Translations under genes and position numbers: made by a program | Part shown: one piece after another, positions 37,071 through 49,700 of the stretch | Layout: the number at the start of each line of letters is the position of its first letter | Numbering within the stretch: the first letter of the stretch is position 1 | The notes under the pieces: model-generated | What the model saw: the letters and a program-made list of their open reading frames with translations, nothing else | What the model was told of the DNA's origin: nothing | Database searches by the model: none | Source of the DNA: Carcharhinus longimanus | Lineage: Eukaryota | Assembly (NCBI GenBank): GCA_030264375.1 | Contig: JASCQW010000032.1 | Location: forward strand, 9,709,632-9,773,631 | Direction: 5' to 3' | Length of the DNA stretch: 64,000 nucleotides

Positions 37071-38881
37071 TGTGAAGTTCAAGTTCTTGCTTTTGTTGCG
37101 GGTGGGAAAAGGACTGATAGATTTCAAGACTTCTTAAAGCAATGCAGCCCCTCTCCAAGCAGCTGTAGTTACTAATATTAAGTGCTTTTAGGCTCCCGTC
37201 ATTTTTTTATCAGCGTCTATGAAGGCTAGACTGTGTCAGAAAATTAGCAGGGATGTTTGTGCCTCTAGATTCTATAAAGGCATTTGGGGCAGGCCAAGTT
37301 CCAGGACATAATTTCCCAGAGTTTGCCCAGTATAGTTCCTGGTTATTGAGCCATTCNNNNNNNNNNNNNNNNNNNNNNNNNNNNNNNNNNNNNNNNNNNN
37401 NNNNNNNNNNNNNNNNNNNNNNNNNNNNNNNNNNNNNNNNNNNNNNNNNNNNNNNNATTCTGAGAACCACTTAGGGTGACAGGTGCCACAATAATATCTG
37501 AATGTTTGTCTACATATCATCTAGTGCATATCATCTAGAAAGCAAATCTCACAAACAATGCAGAGGCTGATGTGATTATTACTGCTAGCTCCAAGGTAAT
37601 GTAATTCCCCCTACAGTAGTGGAGCCCAACATGACTTATATATTAGTAAAATGAATGCCTGTCAGACAGAAAATCATACAATTTCCTTCAATAATTCAGA
37701 AAGCCATTAGCTCATTTCTGCAAGCCCCCAAGGAACTTCTGAAACAAAGATATATCTCCCCTCATAGTACTTCATAAATGACAATGCACAGCCCTATAGG
37801 GCCCATCGCTCTTTTACAATTTCTTCCAAAATGGAAGGGACTATCATCAAATTATCCCGATTCCCATTCCCCCCAAAAGACTATTCCTAATGTAATACAT
37901 TTGCAAGTAGCATGCAACAAATTTATAAATATTTCGTAAAATATATATGCCTATTCTTAAAGGAGTTTCTTCTTTTTGTACATTGGACCACAATATTACA
38001 ATCTTCAACTCACCAACATAATACAAACAAAAGTACAACTTCATGACATAAGCTGTCATCTGTGTAGGAGGATGTGGCATTGCTAATGGAGGAAGCACCT
38101 GCTGGCCCACCTTATAGAATTCAAAGCCAGTATTACAAGAAGACAAAAGCATGCAAATGTCTTTGCCCTACTTGCAGGAAAAGAGTTCTGTTGCAGTAAC
38201 AGGATGTGGAAGTGAGCATCGGAGACTTATGATCTTCAGTTTACTAAAGTGTGGAGAAATTGGAGTCTATTTGCACAATACCTTGCTGAAAATGCATGAG
38301 GCTGCGGGACAAGAAGATTTAGAAAGCTCTACCAATGACTCGAGTGAAGTTCTGCATCATTCCTTAACCCAATCCTTGCGTTACACTGATCAGCTTATTG
38401 GCCATATATTCTCACTATTGGTTTAACTAATCTAAATGTCTATGCATCTTGATTTTGCTGATACAAGTTGAACACATTCAGCTCCAACTGAAGGTTTTGT
38501 TAATGGAGCAGAAATGATTTGTAATTTGCTGCACAATGAATTAACAAGCATTGCGATCTCATCCCAACTGTTGCCAGCCAGGCAAACTACAAGGCAAAAT
38601 CTACTTTGATTTTGAAAACCTTTAGACAGGATGACAGTTATGTGGTCAGTGTTACCTGATCAAATATTAGATGCAGATCTTCTGATGTGTCAACCAAAAC
38701 CAGCGTTCCTCCAGTGAGACAACAGTCTTATTATGCCTGAGACTATATCATCTCTTCTATCAACTCCATTTTGCATTCTCTATGTTAAGTTGAACATTTC
38801 TGTTCCTGCACTTATAATCTCACATGGTGACAAACATGACAATCACCTATACATTGAGAAGCATGCATTTTTTCATTCTAC

Positions 38882-39680
38882 ATAAGAACATAAGAAATAG
38901 GAGCAGGGGCCATCTAGCCCTTCGAGCCTGCTCCGCCATTCAATAAGATCATGGCTGATCTGAAGTGCTTCAGTTCCACTTTCCTGCTTTCTCCCCATAA
39001 CCCTTAATTCCCTTGTCTGTCAAAAACCTATCTACCCGTGACTTAANNNNNNNNNNNNNNNNNNNNNNNNNNNNNNNNNNNNNNNNNNNNNNNNNNNNNN
39101 NNNNNNNNNNNNNNNNNNNNNNNNNNNNNNNNNNNNNNNNNNNNNNCTCAACCATACAATGATCACTCGTCCCAAGAGGATCCCTCACAATAAGATCCCT
39201 AATTCTACCTGCCTCGTTACACAACACCAGATCTAAGATAGCTCACTCCCTCATTGGTTCTGTCACACTCTGTTCAAGGAAACTATCCCAACAGCATTCC
39301 GAGAACTCTTCCTCAAACCCACCGCGTCCGACTTGGGTCAACCAATCAATATACAAATTAAAATCCCCCATAATTATCGCCGTTCCATTTCTGCTCGCAT
39401 CATTTATTTGCTTGTTTATAGCCCGCCCCATCTCTATTATTTGGGGGCCTACAGACCACACTCACCAGCGTCATCCCCCACCTTACTGTTCCTTATCTCC
39501 ACCCACAACGATTCTACGTTCTGCTCTTTGGAGTCTATATCTTCCCTTACAACCGCCCTGATATTATCCTTAATTAACAGAGCAACCCATCCCCTTTTTC
39601 CTCCCATCTATCCTTCCTAAACACATGATACCCCTGGACATTCAGCTCCCAGTCCCTGTCACCCTGCAACCACGTTTCCG
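38882..39680 (-). mobile_element. Young CR1 LINE: 3' tail and endonuclease domain separated by a gap
   Basis: Tail (TTCTTATG)n at 38882-38900. EN motifs IIMGDFNLYIDW, SFLEQSVTEP, LCNEAGRIRDLIVRDPLGTSDHCMVE. Confidence 0.92.
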
Positions 39681-41324
39681 CATTTCTGTAATGGCCACGT
39701 AATGGCTACATTGTGAAGCACATGCACTATCTGGACAAGGTTACTGATAGATCCATGAGCTGGAAAGTCAAACTGGTCTTCACCCAACCTAACTCAGGGT
39801 TGCTGAACTCATTGCAATGCTAAGGTAGCATTGACTTGAAATCAATCCTGCAAACATCTGTTCTGTAGGGCTCAGTGCTACGTTACCCTTTATTCATAAT
39901 GTTATCAAGAAAAGCATGAGAGAACTGCTTTTGTCAAATTAACAGATTGTATTTCTTATGATCAAGTGTGCATACCATCATGCATTTTTAAATCAATTGA
40001 TAACAAACATATTTAAAGAATCAGATTTTACTACATGCCAGTTCATTTGTGGTTACAGTAAAATTTTATCTGAAATCTTATTGGCTGCATTGCATATTGG
40101 TTTTTGGAGCTGGCAAGCACCTACAAGTTGACAACAGGATGTAGTTTTCTTTCTGCAGTTATGACCACAATGAGGATTATACTTTTATTGAGTTTCTGTT
40201 GGTTTTTTAGACTTTGAATCTTGATAAAAAAATCACTTTGGATTTAAATAAATTCCACATCCCTGAATTATCTGAATTTTCTTCTGTTTTAGGAGAAACA
40301 GGTCCATATAAGATTGATAGTATTTCTCCTAAATGCCAGATGTTGCTGTGCCTGTGCTAGAATCCTATACATGACGCATACATTTCCCTCTTGTATGGGT
40401 GTGTTGTGGAATATGTATCACATTCTGAGATTGTTGTCTTTGTCTTCTCATCATGAATGATGCATGTCTTGAGAGGGATCCTCAAACTAGACTTGAATAT
40501 CAGAAGTTTCAGGACGCTAAATTTAGCAACAGCAATTCTCAAATGAATCTTCTCATAGAAAGAAAGGGCCATTTTCTGTTCATCTCCTTCCACTGACTAT
40601 ATCCTATCTAGCCTGTTACAGACTCAGTCTTATTTATTTAATCTCAAGACAAACTTCTGGAAAGTTTCACCCAAGCTAGTTCCTACCCTTTCACCATGCA
40701 CCCCCCCAGCCTCACGCCCGAAGGAAGTTAATTGAAAACACCACAGAACCAACAAATCTTTACTCTTTTTATCAAACCTGGCTGCTTTTTCTAGAGATGC
40801 TAATCTTTTGGGGTCACAGCCTATTGGGATAATCCTATTTCCAGGGAAGTACAATAAAAGATTCCCCTTTCCTCCAAACTCTTCTTCCCGTTTTCATTAT
40901 GGCATGCATCCTCATTGGTTCAAACAACAATACAACAGCAACTATGCAATGGGATAATCATGAAGTACCTAGTAAGGTGACATTTAATTTTGCTTCAACC
41001 ACAAAAGGAAACTAAGATTACATCACCCAAGCAATAACTATTTTTTCCATATTTGAAATAAATTCAGTATCTAAAATTATATTTAGGATAATGTGACATA
41101 TTTCAATGCATTTATTTAAAGAAGGAATGAAATTAGACAACACAGATTAGCACAAATTACCACTAACCATAAATGGCCACAGTCAACAGTAAACCTCGGA
41201 ATACGAAGAAAGATACAATATAGTGAATGATAAATTATTAGAACAAAATAAACCTCATAACTTAACCAGTGCACCTTTCAATTTAGAAAGTAAAATGAAA
41301 AAGGTATATATATACCTTCTATAG

Positions 41325-41384
41325 GGGCAGGCTCGAAGGGCTAGATGGCCTACTCCTGCTCCTATTTCTTACGTTCTTATGTTC
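41325..41384 (+). mobile_element. ~60-bp 5'-truncated CR1 3' end
   Basis: GGCAGGCTCGAAGGGCTAGATGGCCTACTCCTGCTCCTATTTCTTACGTTCTTATGTTC, flanked by CTATA on both sides. Confidence 0.85.
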
Positions 41385-41640
41385 CTATATGGTCAGCCCA
41401 ACATTATCTATTTTATAATATTGTCAAATGCTAAAATTATACTCCCTAGCAGTGTCAATTTTTTAAAAGAAGTATATCTCCCAACACACATGCACACCTT
41501 TTTCTCTTTGAGGAATAGTGGGAAGGATTCCCAAGCTGATTATCAGCCCTTTGAACCACATTATGAACATTCCTTCCATGGCCAATAAGTCCTGGTGTTG
41601 GACTTGAACCCAATATAGGGATGCTGTCTATTGTACCGGT

Positions 41641-41985
41641 GGTATGGTGGCACAGTAGTTCGTACTGCTGCCTCACAGCTCCAGGCACCTGGGTTCAATT
41701 CCAGTCTTAGGTGACTGACTGTATGGTGTTTCTATATTCTCCCTGAAAAAACTCTGTGTGGGTTTCCTCCGGGTGCTCCAGTTTCCTTCCGCATTCCCAA
41801 GATGTGCAGGTTCTTGGATTGACCATGCTATATTGCCCCTTAGTGTTGTAAGATTTGTATATGGATTAGCCATGGTAAATGTGTAGGGTTACAGAGATGG
41901 GGAGAGGGCCTGGGTAAGATATTCTGTCTGAGTTGGTGGGACCCGATGGGCCGAATGGTCTGTTCTGCACTGTAGGGATTCTATG
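41641..41985 (+). mobile_element. HE1-like tRNA-derived SINE with CR1-type tail
   Basis: A box TGGCACAGTAG, B box GGTTCAATTCC, core GTGGGTTTCCTCCGGGTGCTCCAGTTTCC, tail GGGCCGAATGG..CTGCACTGTAGGGATTCTATG. Confidence 0.92.
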
Positions 41986-43679
41986 CAACAACAAGCCTTC
42001 CCCATGGCCAAAGGTATAGTTACACTTATCATCCTTAGCCAGATCACTAGGTGGTGCACTGCACCATTAAGCAGATTTATAAGATACTTCATGTGCTTGT
42101 ATCCAGCTAATCATTGAAGAAACATAGAGAGGATGATTTTCCATTTGATGGAACTTCTATAACATCTCACGATTCAGAAAATGCCTGCTGTGTTATAGAA
42201 GTTCATTTGCCAATGTAGGTTAACAGTGTAGTAAATACTTTATATCAATGAACTAAAATATTCCATTTAGACAATTATTAAAGGACAAGGGGTTAATCCA
42301 ATATGTTTAGTATTGGGTGAAATTTGCTGAGTCCCACCCAATATAGAAAAAAAGGCAGGAGTTGAACTTAATTGTGTAGGAGGTCAAAATTCACATTACC
42401 AAAGGTAGGTTAAATTTTTGGTATTAAGATAGAAGAAGATTTCCAGTGGATTCACCTTCCCAGCGTTAATGCGCAGTAAGTTCTTTTGCAATCATTAGCA
42501 TGTCATGCACTTTCATTAAAACCCCAATCCACCAGTATTATGTTCATGATTACAATCTTATTAGTTAAGAGCAGGAAAAATGTGCTTCAGAAACCCAATC
42601 ATCTGCGAGACGTGCTCACCAGATAAGATAGACTTCTTTCTGGATGTTCCTGTGAGTATACACTACTTTATGCTCTTGTAGAGATTTCTTCATTGCCAGA
42701 CGTTGATTCCAAGGAAGTAGCCTGCCTGAGACAAAGAGCCTGCCGAAGGGAAGCAGGGAGACAAGACCATAGCTGGAAGATCATAATTGGCCAGGTGCTG
42801 TTTGCAAATACCATTTTTTCCCTCCTGCTTAAATTTTCTGGCCCGCTGCACTACTTGAGCAGCACAGCAGGCTGGCAAAGTTGCATCCATTGACTTTCAA
42901 TTGGATTTTAACATGCTCCTAGAGTAAGTGATTTGAATTAATGGCAGACTGACTGATAGTAATGTGATCCATCACCAATAAATGCATAATTTAGGTCATG
43001 ATTTATCCTTAGTTTTAATATATATTCAGGTAATCTTTATAATGTTAATGTACTAAACTAAACCTTGACAAAAAAGTATAATTTTTCAGCTGTACAGCAA
43101 ATTCTTGATATTTCAAGAATGAGATCCAAACTTTTAGGGGTAATCTAGCATCTGAAATACTGTTTCACCTTCTTCCAACATTTTCACTCATGGCATGAGA
43201 ACCAGGAAAAAACTAAACCATCTCCAAGCCTACTGTAGTACCACTTGCAGTTCAAGGCTAAGGTAGGAAAGAGAGAGTAACGATTTCTCAGAGTACCCAA
43301 AATTCAAGGTTGACTGGGGATTGGGAGGTGACTTAGGAAATTAAGGCCAGTTTTCCTTAGCATTTGCAGGGCCTGGTGCCCCAGCACACTAAGCTTGAGA
43401 CACATTTCAAAAATGATTTTTTTTAGATTAAAATAAATAATATACTTTTATTATACCTGGTGTCCCAAAGGATTTTTCAGCCAGTGCCGTAAATTAATTA
43501 CTTTTTCAAGTTGAGTCACTGTTGTCATGTGCAGAAACCCAAAAGCCAATTTATGCACAAAGACCTACAAACAGCAATGAGAATAATTTCTCGTCTTTGA
43601 TTCACGTATCATCTTCCTGTCATATGATGTGAAGTTGCACAGTTATGTTTCATTTGGAGTTGTTTTCACTGGAACAAAT

Positions 43680-43916
43680 GAAGTAATGGGTGATTTGACA
43701 GAGTTGTATAAATTCTGAGAGGCTGCTGCAGATTGGATAGAAGCAAACTTTTCCTGCCAATTGCAGGGGTCTAAGAAAGGGTACATAAGTACAAGATGAA
43801 AAGTGAAATTTAGGACAAAGAGCAGCTTAAACTTATTTAGAACATAAGAACATAAGAAATAGGAGCAGGAGTAGGCCATCTAGCCCTTTGAGCTTGCCCC
43901 GCCATTCAATAAGATC
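43680..43916. mobile_element. CR1 fragments: old + strand ORF2 end, plus young - strand 3' tail at a gap
   Basis: GGGTGATTTGACAGAGTTGTATAAATTCTGAG (GDLTE.YK-like); AGAACATAAGAACATAAGAAATAGGAGCAGG at ~43839. Confidence 0.75.
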
Positions 43917-44275
43917 ANNNNNNNNNNNNNNNNNNNNNNNNNNNNNNNNNNNNNNNNNNNNNNNNNNNNNNNNNNNNNNNNNNNNNNNNNNNNNNNNNNN
44001 NNNNNNNNNNNNNNNNNTTCTGCTGAGCACCAAGAAAGATCTCCTTAAAGATCCTCCACTGCTCCTCAGCAGACCTACCTTCCAACGCGCTCCCGCAGTC
44101 AACATTCGCAATTCTTCTCTCATCCTACCGTACACCCCTCTGTTCAAACATTGGATTATGAAGTTTTGGAATGATGCACTACTAGAATTATTGATTGAAG
44201 CAGAACCATGAGATTGATTTTCTGTAGGATTATAGTAATCATCTGCCAGAGTCTTGGTGGGAAATGGAAATCAAT

Positions 44276-44389
44276 GACCTGAATTTTACCGTTCTCCCAC
44301 CACAGGAATCAGAGTGGGTGAGGGGCGGACCATTGACCTTGGGTGGCATTTTATGATCTTGGGACGAGCGAGGCTATAAAATCCACCCC
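44276..44389. mobile_element. ~115-bp MITE, same family as 15417 and 36000
   Basis: GACCTGAATTTTACC...TAAAATCCACCCC, with internal CCATTGACC. Confidence 0.6.
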
Positions 44390-46022
44390 CACCCGCACCC
44401 CCAGTGTTCAATTCTAGGTTATTCACAGATCTTTCAAAACAACTTGTAAGACTGTTGAAGGAAATGGAAAGATGATATGGAATAAAATATGGGAACAGAA
44501 TGGGAAGATGGCATTAGGACCACTGTTTGTATTAATAATAATCAGCTTGAATAAAGCAGCCTGTCCTTGTGACAATTACAATGAATTTCCATGTGTAAAT
44601 TGTGTAGAAATTAATGAAAAGGCAAAATCCAGATGGATGAGATCAACCATGAAGATGTTTTTATATATTTATGTAAATATATATATACACACACATCAAA
44701 AAAGCTGTGGGACAGTAATGGCCCTTGTGTTTCATTTCTATATAATTCACTTTTTTCTTTATGATGCAGTTTTTAACCTTGTTATAATCTTAATCAGAAC
44801 TGAAAGGACAAACAATTGCACAAGAGCAAACAATTCCATCCAAATAGGTCATGATTATTGTAATTAAAGGCTCTAAATTTTGGACACTTGTAATGACAGA
44901 ATTATTGCGTATTTATTGGTTTTATTCATTTGGCAATGTAAAAGATTAGATTCACTCCAGTTTTACTCCAATTAAATGTTAGATCTTTCAATGCAGTTTT
45001 ACATAGGCAGTCCTGGCCACTAAATACTGGTGTAAGTATAGGAATGTAAGAAAACATAGAAGAAGTAGCAGCTATTTGGCCTCCTGAACTCCCTCNNNNN
45101 NNNNNNNNNNNNNNNNNNNNNNNNNNNNNNNNNNNNNNNNNNNNNNNNNNNNNNNNNNNNNNNNNNNNNNNNNNNNNNNNNNNNNNNNNNNNNNNCTCCT
45201 TCCAGAAAGAGTATAGAACTTATGCCATCACCGACACTACCCAACCCATTTAACTTCCTTAAAAAACAGATTCTCATAAAGCTGACGTCTATGTCAACGT
45301 TATTAGAAATCCAGAAATTCCATCACTACAATTCAGCCATGCTACCCTTTATAAACTACATCCCTCCCCACCACCCCTCCCCCCACTTCCCCTCACCATT
45401 ATCACCAACCAACGTGCTTTGGTGAATACAGCTAGAAATCGAATAATAGAGCTTAAACCAGGCCATTGTACTCAAGGATTATGCTTGCAATATAAATATA
45501 CTGGATTCTAACAAAGAGTAATCTGCACAGACCAGCATAGTTGGAGGATGCATTAAAACTAGTGGAAGGCTTTGACCTGCCCCTTATTACCTTACTAAAA
45601 ATATCCAGTTATTCCCAGAAACTACTAGAGTCAATTGTCTTTGTTACAATATGCTTCTGACTGCTCTGTCTTGAGTCCCACACAAGACCAGGCAGCCTGG
45701 AACATTATTAAGAGGTTTGAAAAGGGCATTTCAATATGGCCCCCAGGACAGTTTGAAGATTTGAACTGTACCATCTGCAGGATGCTGGCAAGTGTGTAAT
45801 GCCATCAGAACAACTTGCACTTATGCAGTGTAGGTTTAGGCAAATAAAAATGAAAAAGTGCAATTTCAGGTCAAATTATCTGTGGTAGGAGCCGACATTT
45901 AAAACCTCAGCGCACTTCACTGGATGACTATTGCCCTTTGATTGTTTTCATTTGACCTAAGTGTTATTTACAGCCTGATATTGCAATAAAAAAGGATAAT
46001 CTGATAGCTCAAGGCTGTGGAT

Positions 46023-46342
46023 GGTACGGTGGCACAGTGGTTCGCACTGCTGCCTCATAGCGCCAGGGATCTAGGTTCAATTCTGGCCTCGGGTGACTGT
46101 CTGGAGTTTGCACATTCTCCCCATGTCTGCATGGGTTTCCTCTGGGTGCTCCGTTTTCCTCCTACAGTCCAAAGATGTGTGGGTTAGGTTGACTGGCCAT
46201 GCTAAATTGCCCCTTAATGTTGGAGTATTAGCAGGGTAAATACAAAAGGTTACAGGGATATCACCTGGGTGGGACTGATGTCAGTGCAGGCTCGAAGGGC
46301 CGAATGGCCTCTTTCTGCACTGTTGGAATTCTATTATTCTAT
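46023..46342 (+). mobile_element. HE1-like SINE with CR1-type tail
   Basis: A box TGGCACAGTGG, B box GGTTCAATTCT, tail GGCTCGAAGGGCCGAATGGCCTCTTTCTGCACTGTTGGAATTCTATTATTCTAT. Confidence 0.93.
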
Positions 46343-46856
46343 GTGATTGCCAAAAAGCAATGATATTGGTTACATAAAATCATCTATCAGAAAAGATTGT
46401 TTACTAATGCTAATACGTAACAGAAGTTTAACTTTTATGAGTCAATGGTTATAACACAAGGATGTTTCAGTATTGAAGGGGTTAAGCAGATGGCTTTAAA
46501 TAGGTTGAGTGGATAGGAAGTGTGAATTTGCAAGATTAATCACCAACTCTGCTCGGACCTGATGTTAAATGTCTCGTCGCTGATCAGATAACCCACATAT
46601 TTTTAGAAGTTGTAGTCTGAAAATGATATAAAACTGTCCAGACTGACTGAATTGTCTGAATAACACTTTCCACATACAGCATGGTAAGAATCAGAAAGAT
46701 CAGAAAGGGTGGAGGAGGTTGAGAAGGAGTTATTCACAAAATAAAACATAAAGCAACGTTGATTAAGGGATGGTGTGGGCTTAAAAAATATTTTACCAAT
46801 TCCTTATCTATCTAAATTTTTTGAAAAGGTAAATACTTTGTAAGTATAAGAGATAT

Positions 46857-47170
46857 GGGGCACCCGGTGGCACAGTGGTTAGCATTGCTCCGTCACAGCA
46901 TCAGGGACCTGGGTTCAATTCCCGGCTTCGGTCACTGTCTGTGCAAAGTCGGCACGTTCTCCCTGTGTCTGCATGGATTTCCTCTGAGTGCTCTGGTTTC
47001 CTCCTATAGTCCGAAAGATGTGCTGGTTAGGTGCATTGGCCATGCTAAATTTCCCTCAGTGAGAGACCAGGGNNNNNNNNNNNNNNNNNNNNNGCGACTA
47101 GAGGATTTTCACAGTAACTTCATTGCGGTGTTAATGTAAGCCTACTTGTGACACTAATAAATAAACTTTA
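46857..47170 (+). mobile_element. tRNA-derived SINE (HE1-like head) with alternative tail
   Basis: GGGGCACCCGGTGGCACAGTGGTTAGC..GGTTCAATTCCC; tail TTCATTGCGGTGTTAATGTAAGCCTACTTGTGACACTAATAAATAAACTTT. Confidence 0.92.
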
Positions 47171-47214
47171 AGATACAGAAATTAAAACACATTTATCAAT
47201 CCTGTTCTCAGATT

Positions 47215-47540
47215 ATCCCAAAATGTTTCATACTTAATTAATATTGTTGTTAAGTAGACAAAAAAAACAGGAAATGTTGCACACAGCAAAGTCCCATGAA
47301 AGAAAATGAAATCATAACCAAGTCATTTTCTTTCAGTGGCAGTTTGTTGAGTGATATATGTTGGTCAGGACCTGGAAGAACTTCATATTCTTCTTCAAAT
47401 GATGCCATGGGATATTTTTGTTCACAGAGCAGACAGACGGGGTTTCCATTTAAAATGTCATACAAAAGACAATGCCTCTGACAATGCAGAACGACCTCAA
47501 TTCTACATTGAAATGTCAGCCTTTATTATGTGCTCTTGTA
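47215..47540 (-). mobile_element. Old DeuSINE-like remnant
   Basis: Reverse-strand core: ttcttcttcaaat..tgccatgggatattttt..ttcac..agcagacag..gg..tttaa..tca..aaagac..cctctgacaatgcag. Confidence 0.6.
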
Positions 47541-47899
47541 AAAAAGCAAGTTATTAGCCCATCATGTCACTGCCTATGCTAGCTCGTCATCAAAGCAATC
47601 TATGTTAATTCCCATCAATACTTCACTTCATGATTAACTAATTCCTTCGCTTTGGTAATCACTTACCGTAATTCATTCATAATGTAATAACATTTCATGT
47701 GAAAAGAGTCACAAAATTTAGTTCACCAGGACTGATGCGGCATTGCCAAGGATATGAATGCTTGAGGTGCAAATCTTGCCTGCACCTGAAGATGTTAATT
47801 TAGCACTATTTTGACATCACACAGTCCATTTGCTGATGTCAAATCAAGGTCCTAAATTTTAACAAAAAAATGTCAGTAACATTTACATTGTTTATCAAT

Positions 47900-49700
47900 G
47901 ATAAAAGAAGAATGAAGATGTGAGTGAGTCCTGTTGTAGCATCATGTAAAAAATTAGACACACTGATTGCAGATAAAGTCACTTTTTGGAACATTTTCAA
48001 CTGCAAAGTGTCTGAAATTACTCCAGTGTGTCTGGGGGTGTTTGCTGAGTTCCTGCATTTGCCAAAGTATTGTAGAAGACTTGTACACACAAAGGATGAA
48101 TAAAGATGTAGTAGTGCCTCTGGATCTGCAACACGGTAGGAAGTTAGAGCAGAGACTTTGGAGAATGCAAGCTCCGTGTAATGCTCTCTTTCAAGTTGGA
48201 GTTGAAGTCCTCCATATTTCTTAACGGTAACAGTAAGTTATTTGGTAGGCCAGAAATTGCACCCAGGCTCTCAGTGTGCATATCCATTCAGTACTATCTT
48301 AAATACTATCACATCGAAGTCCTCATCTGAGTTGTCTGCAGCAGTACTCATTTGGTGTACAAGGAGATGACAAAAAAACCATCCTTTATCCCAGCCAGGT
48401 TGTAGCCTACTTTTGCCTGGTGACTCATTACATTATACATCCTAACTCTATTGTAGCATCCAAAGTAAGTGCAGTGCCAGTATGAGTTGGTGAGTATGAG
48501 TTGCAGATCACATCATATGCAGATTCTCCATTTATGCTGAATTAATGCTCTCTTTCTTCGTCCGGGGATGCTTATGGATAAACAAGCGATAGTTTCTTTG
48601 TGACTGAAAGCAGGAACTCAGAAAAGTTTGGTGTGATGGAAATGGGGTGGGTAGCTCAAAGTTCATGGTCCTGCAATCTATAGCTTTTGCTCATCACACT
48701 AAATAAGGGAATACTGAGAGTTGAGAAGAAACAGGAATGTGCCACTAACCTCAATGTTCTCAGTGACTCAGGATGCTAATGGGCCCTGTCAAGTTGGTCC
48801 CCATGATGCAGAGAATAATCTCCTCCATTAGGTTCAAGAGATGCAGATGTCCTTGTCAGTTCTGCTGTTCTCCCATCTATTATGTGTCACCTTGGTCTGC
48901 AAGAAAAAGGGAAGAGTGGATGTGTAGAATTATATTTAAATGATGTGCCTGCCATTGCTGAGTAGCTGGCAGATGTGTAGGCAGTGTGAGGTCAATGTGA
49001 GGGTGGCAGCCCCGGTAATTGTGGGACGGTCAGATGAAGTATCAAGATGCTGGGAATCATTATAGAAAAATTATAGAGTCACTACAGTGTAGAAGGAGGC
49101 CATTCAGCCCATCAGCCTACACTGACAACAGTCCCATCCAGGCCCTATCACCATAATCCCATGTATTTACCCAGCTTACTCCTGGCACTCAGGGTCAATT
49201 TAGCATAGCCAATCAATCTAACACACACATCTTTGGACTGTGAGGTGGAGCCTCATCTGGAGGAGCACCTGGAGGAAACCCACGCAGACATGGGGAGAAT
49301 GTGCAAACTCCACTCAGATAGTCACACGAGACTGGAATTTAACCTGGGTCCCTGGCGCTGTGAGAAAGTAGTGTTAACCAGTGTGCTACCTTGCTGGGGA
49401 ATGCTGCTGTGAAAGGGATGGGATGAGTTGTATTGCTCAGTATGACAGGTGAATAGGAAATGTTATGTAAAGGTGCATGCACTGATTTTCACCCCATATG
49501 ACGTCATTAAAACTTGAGACACTGTTGCCAAGTCCTCAGGTCCAGTGTCTGAAGGTTTAATGTTCCTGACACTATTTCTTTCTAGGGAAGTCCATGAGGT
49601 TCTCCTGGTCACCATGGAATCATGGCATCTCTCTTCATGCCCACTTTTACCACTTATGCATCCAGCACTGTATACATGACTACGGAACCCTTTTTTTACC
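47900..49700 (-). pseudogene. Second Harbinger Myb/SANT gene relic, intron interrupted by a SINE
   Basis: PRTWQQCL/FNDVI at ~49490-49545; acceptor ttcttgcag|TKVTHNRWENSRT at 48896; downstream exon AADNSDEDFDV..MHTESLGAISGLPNNLL..MEDFNSNL at ~48180-48345. Confidence 0.72.
49062..49395 (-). mobile_element. HE1-like SINE with CR1-type tail
   Basis: Reverse of SINE head (ggtagcacactggttaacact..cacagcgccagggacccaggttaaattcc) and tail (gggctgaatggcctccttctacactgtag). Confidence 0.9.

Noticed and set aside
40357-40854. Two tandem minus-strand ORFs (78 and 74 aa) as a viral or retroviral remnant
   Set aside because: No diagnostic motif; lengths are compatible with chance.
41641-47170. tRNA genes at A/B-box motifs
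   Set aside because: Each is the head of a SINE followed by SINE core and tail; no cloverleaf is apparent.
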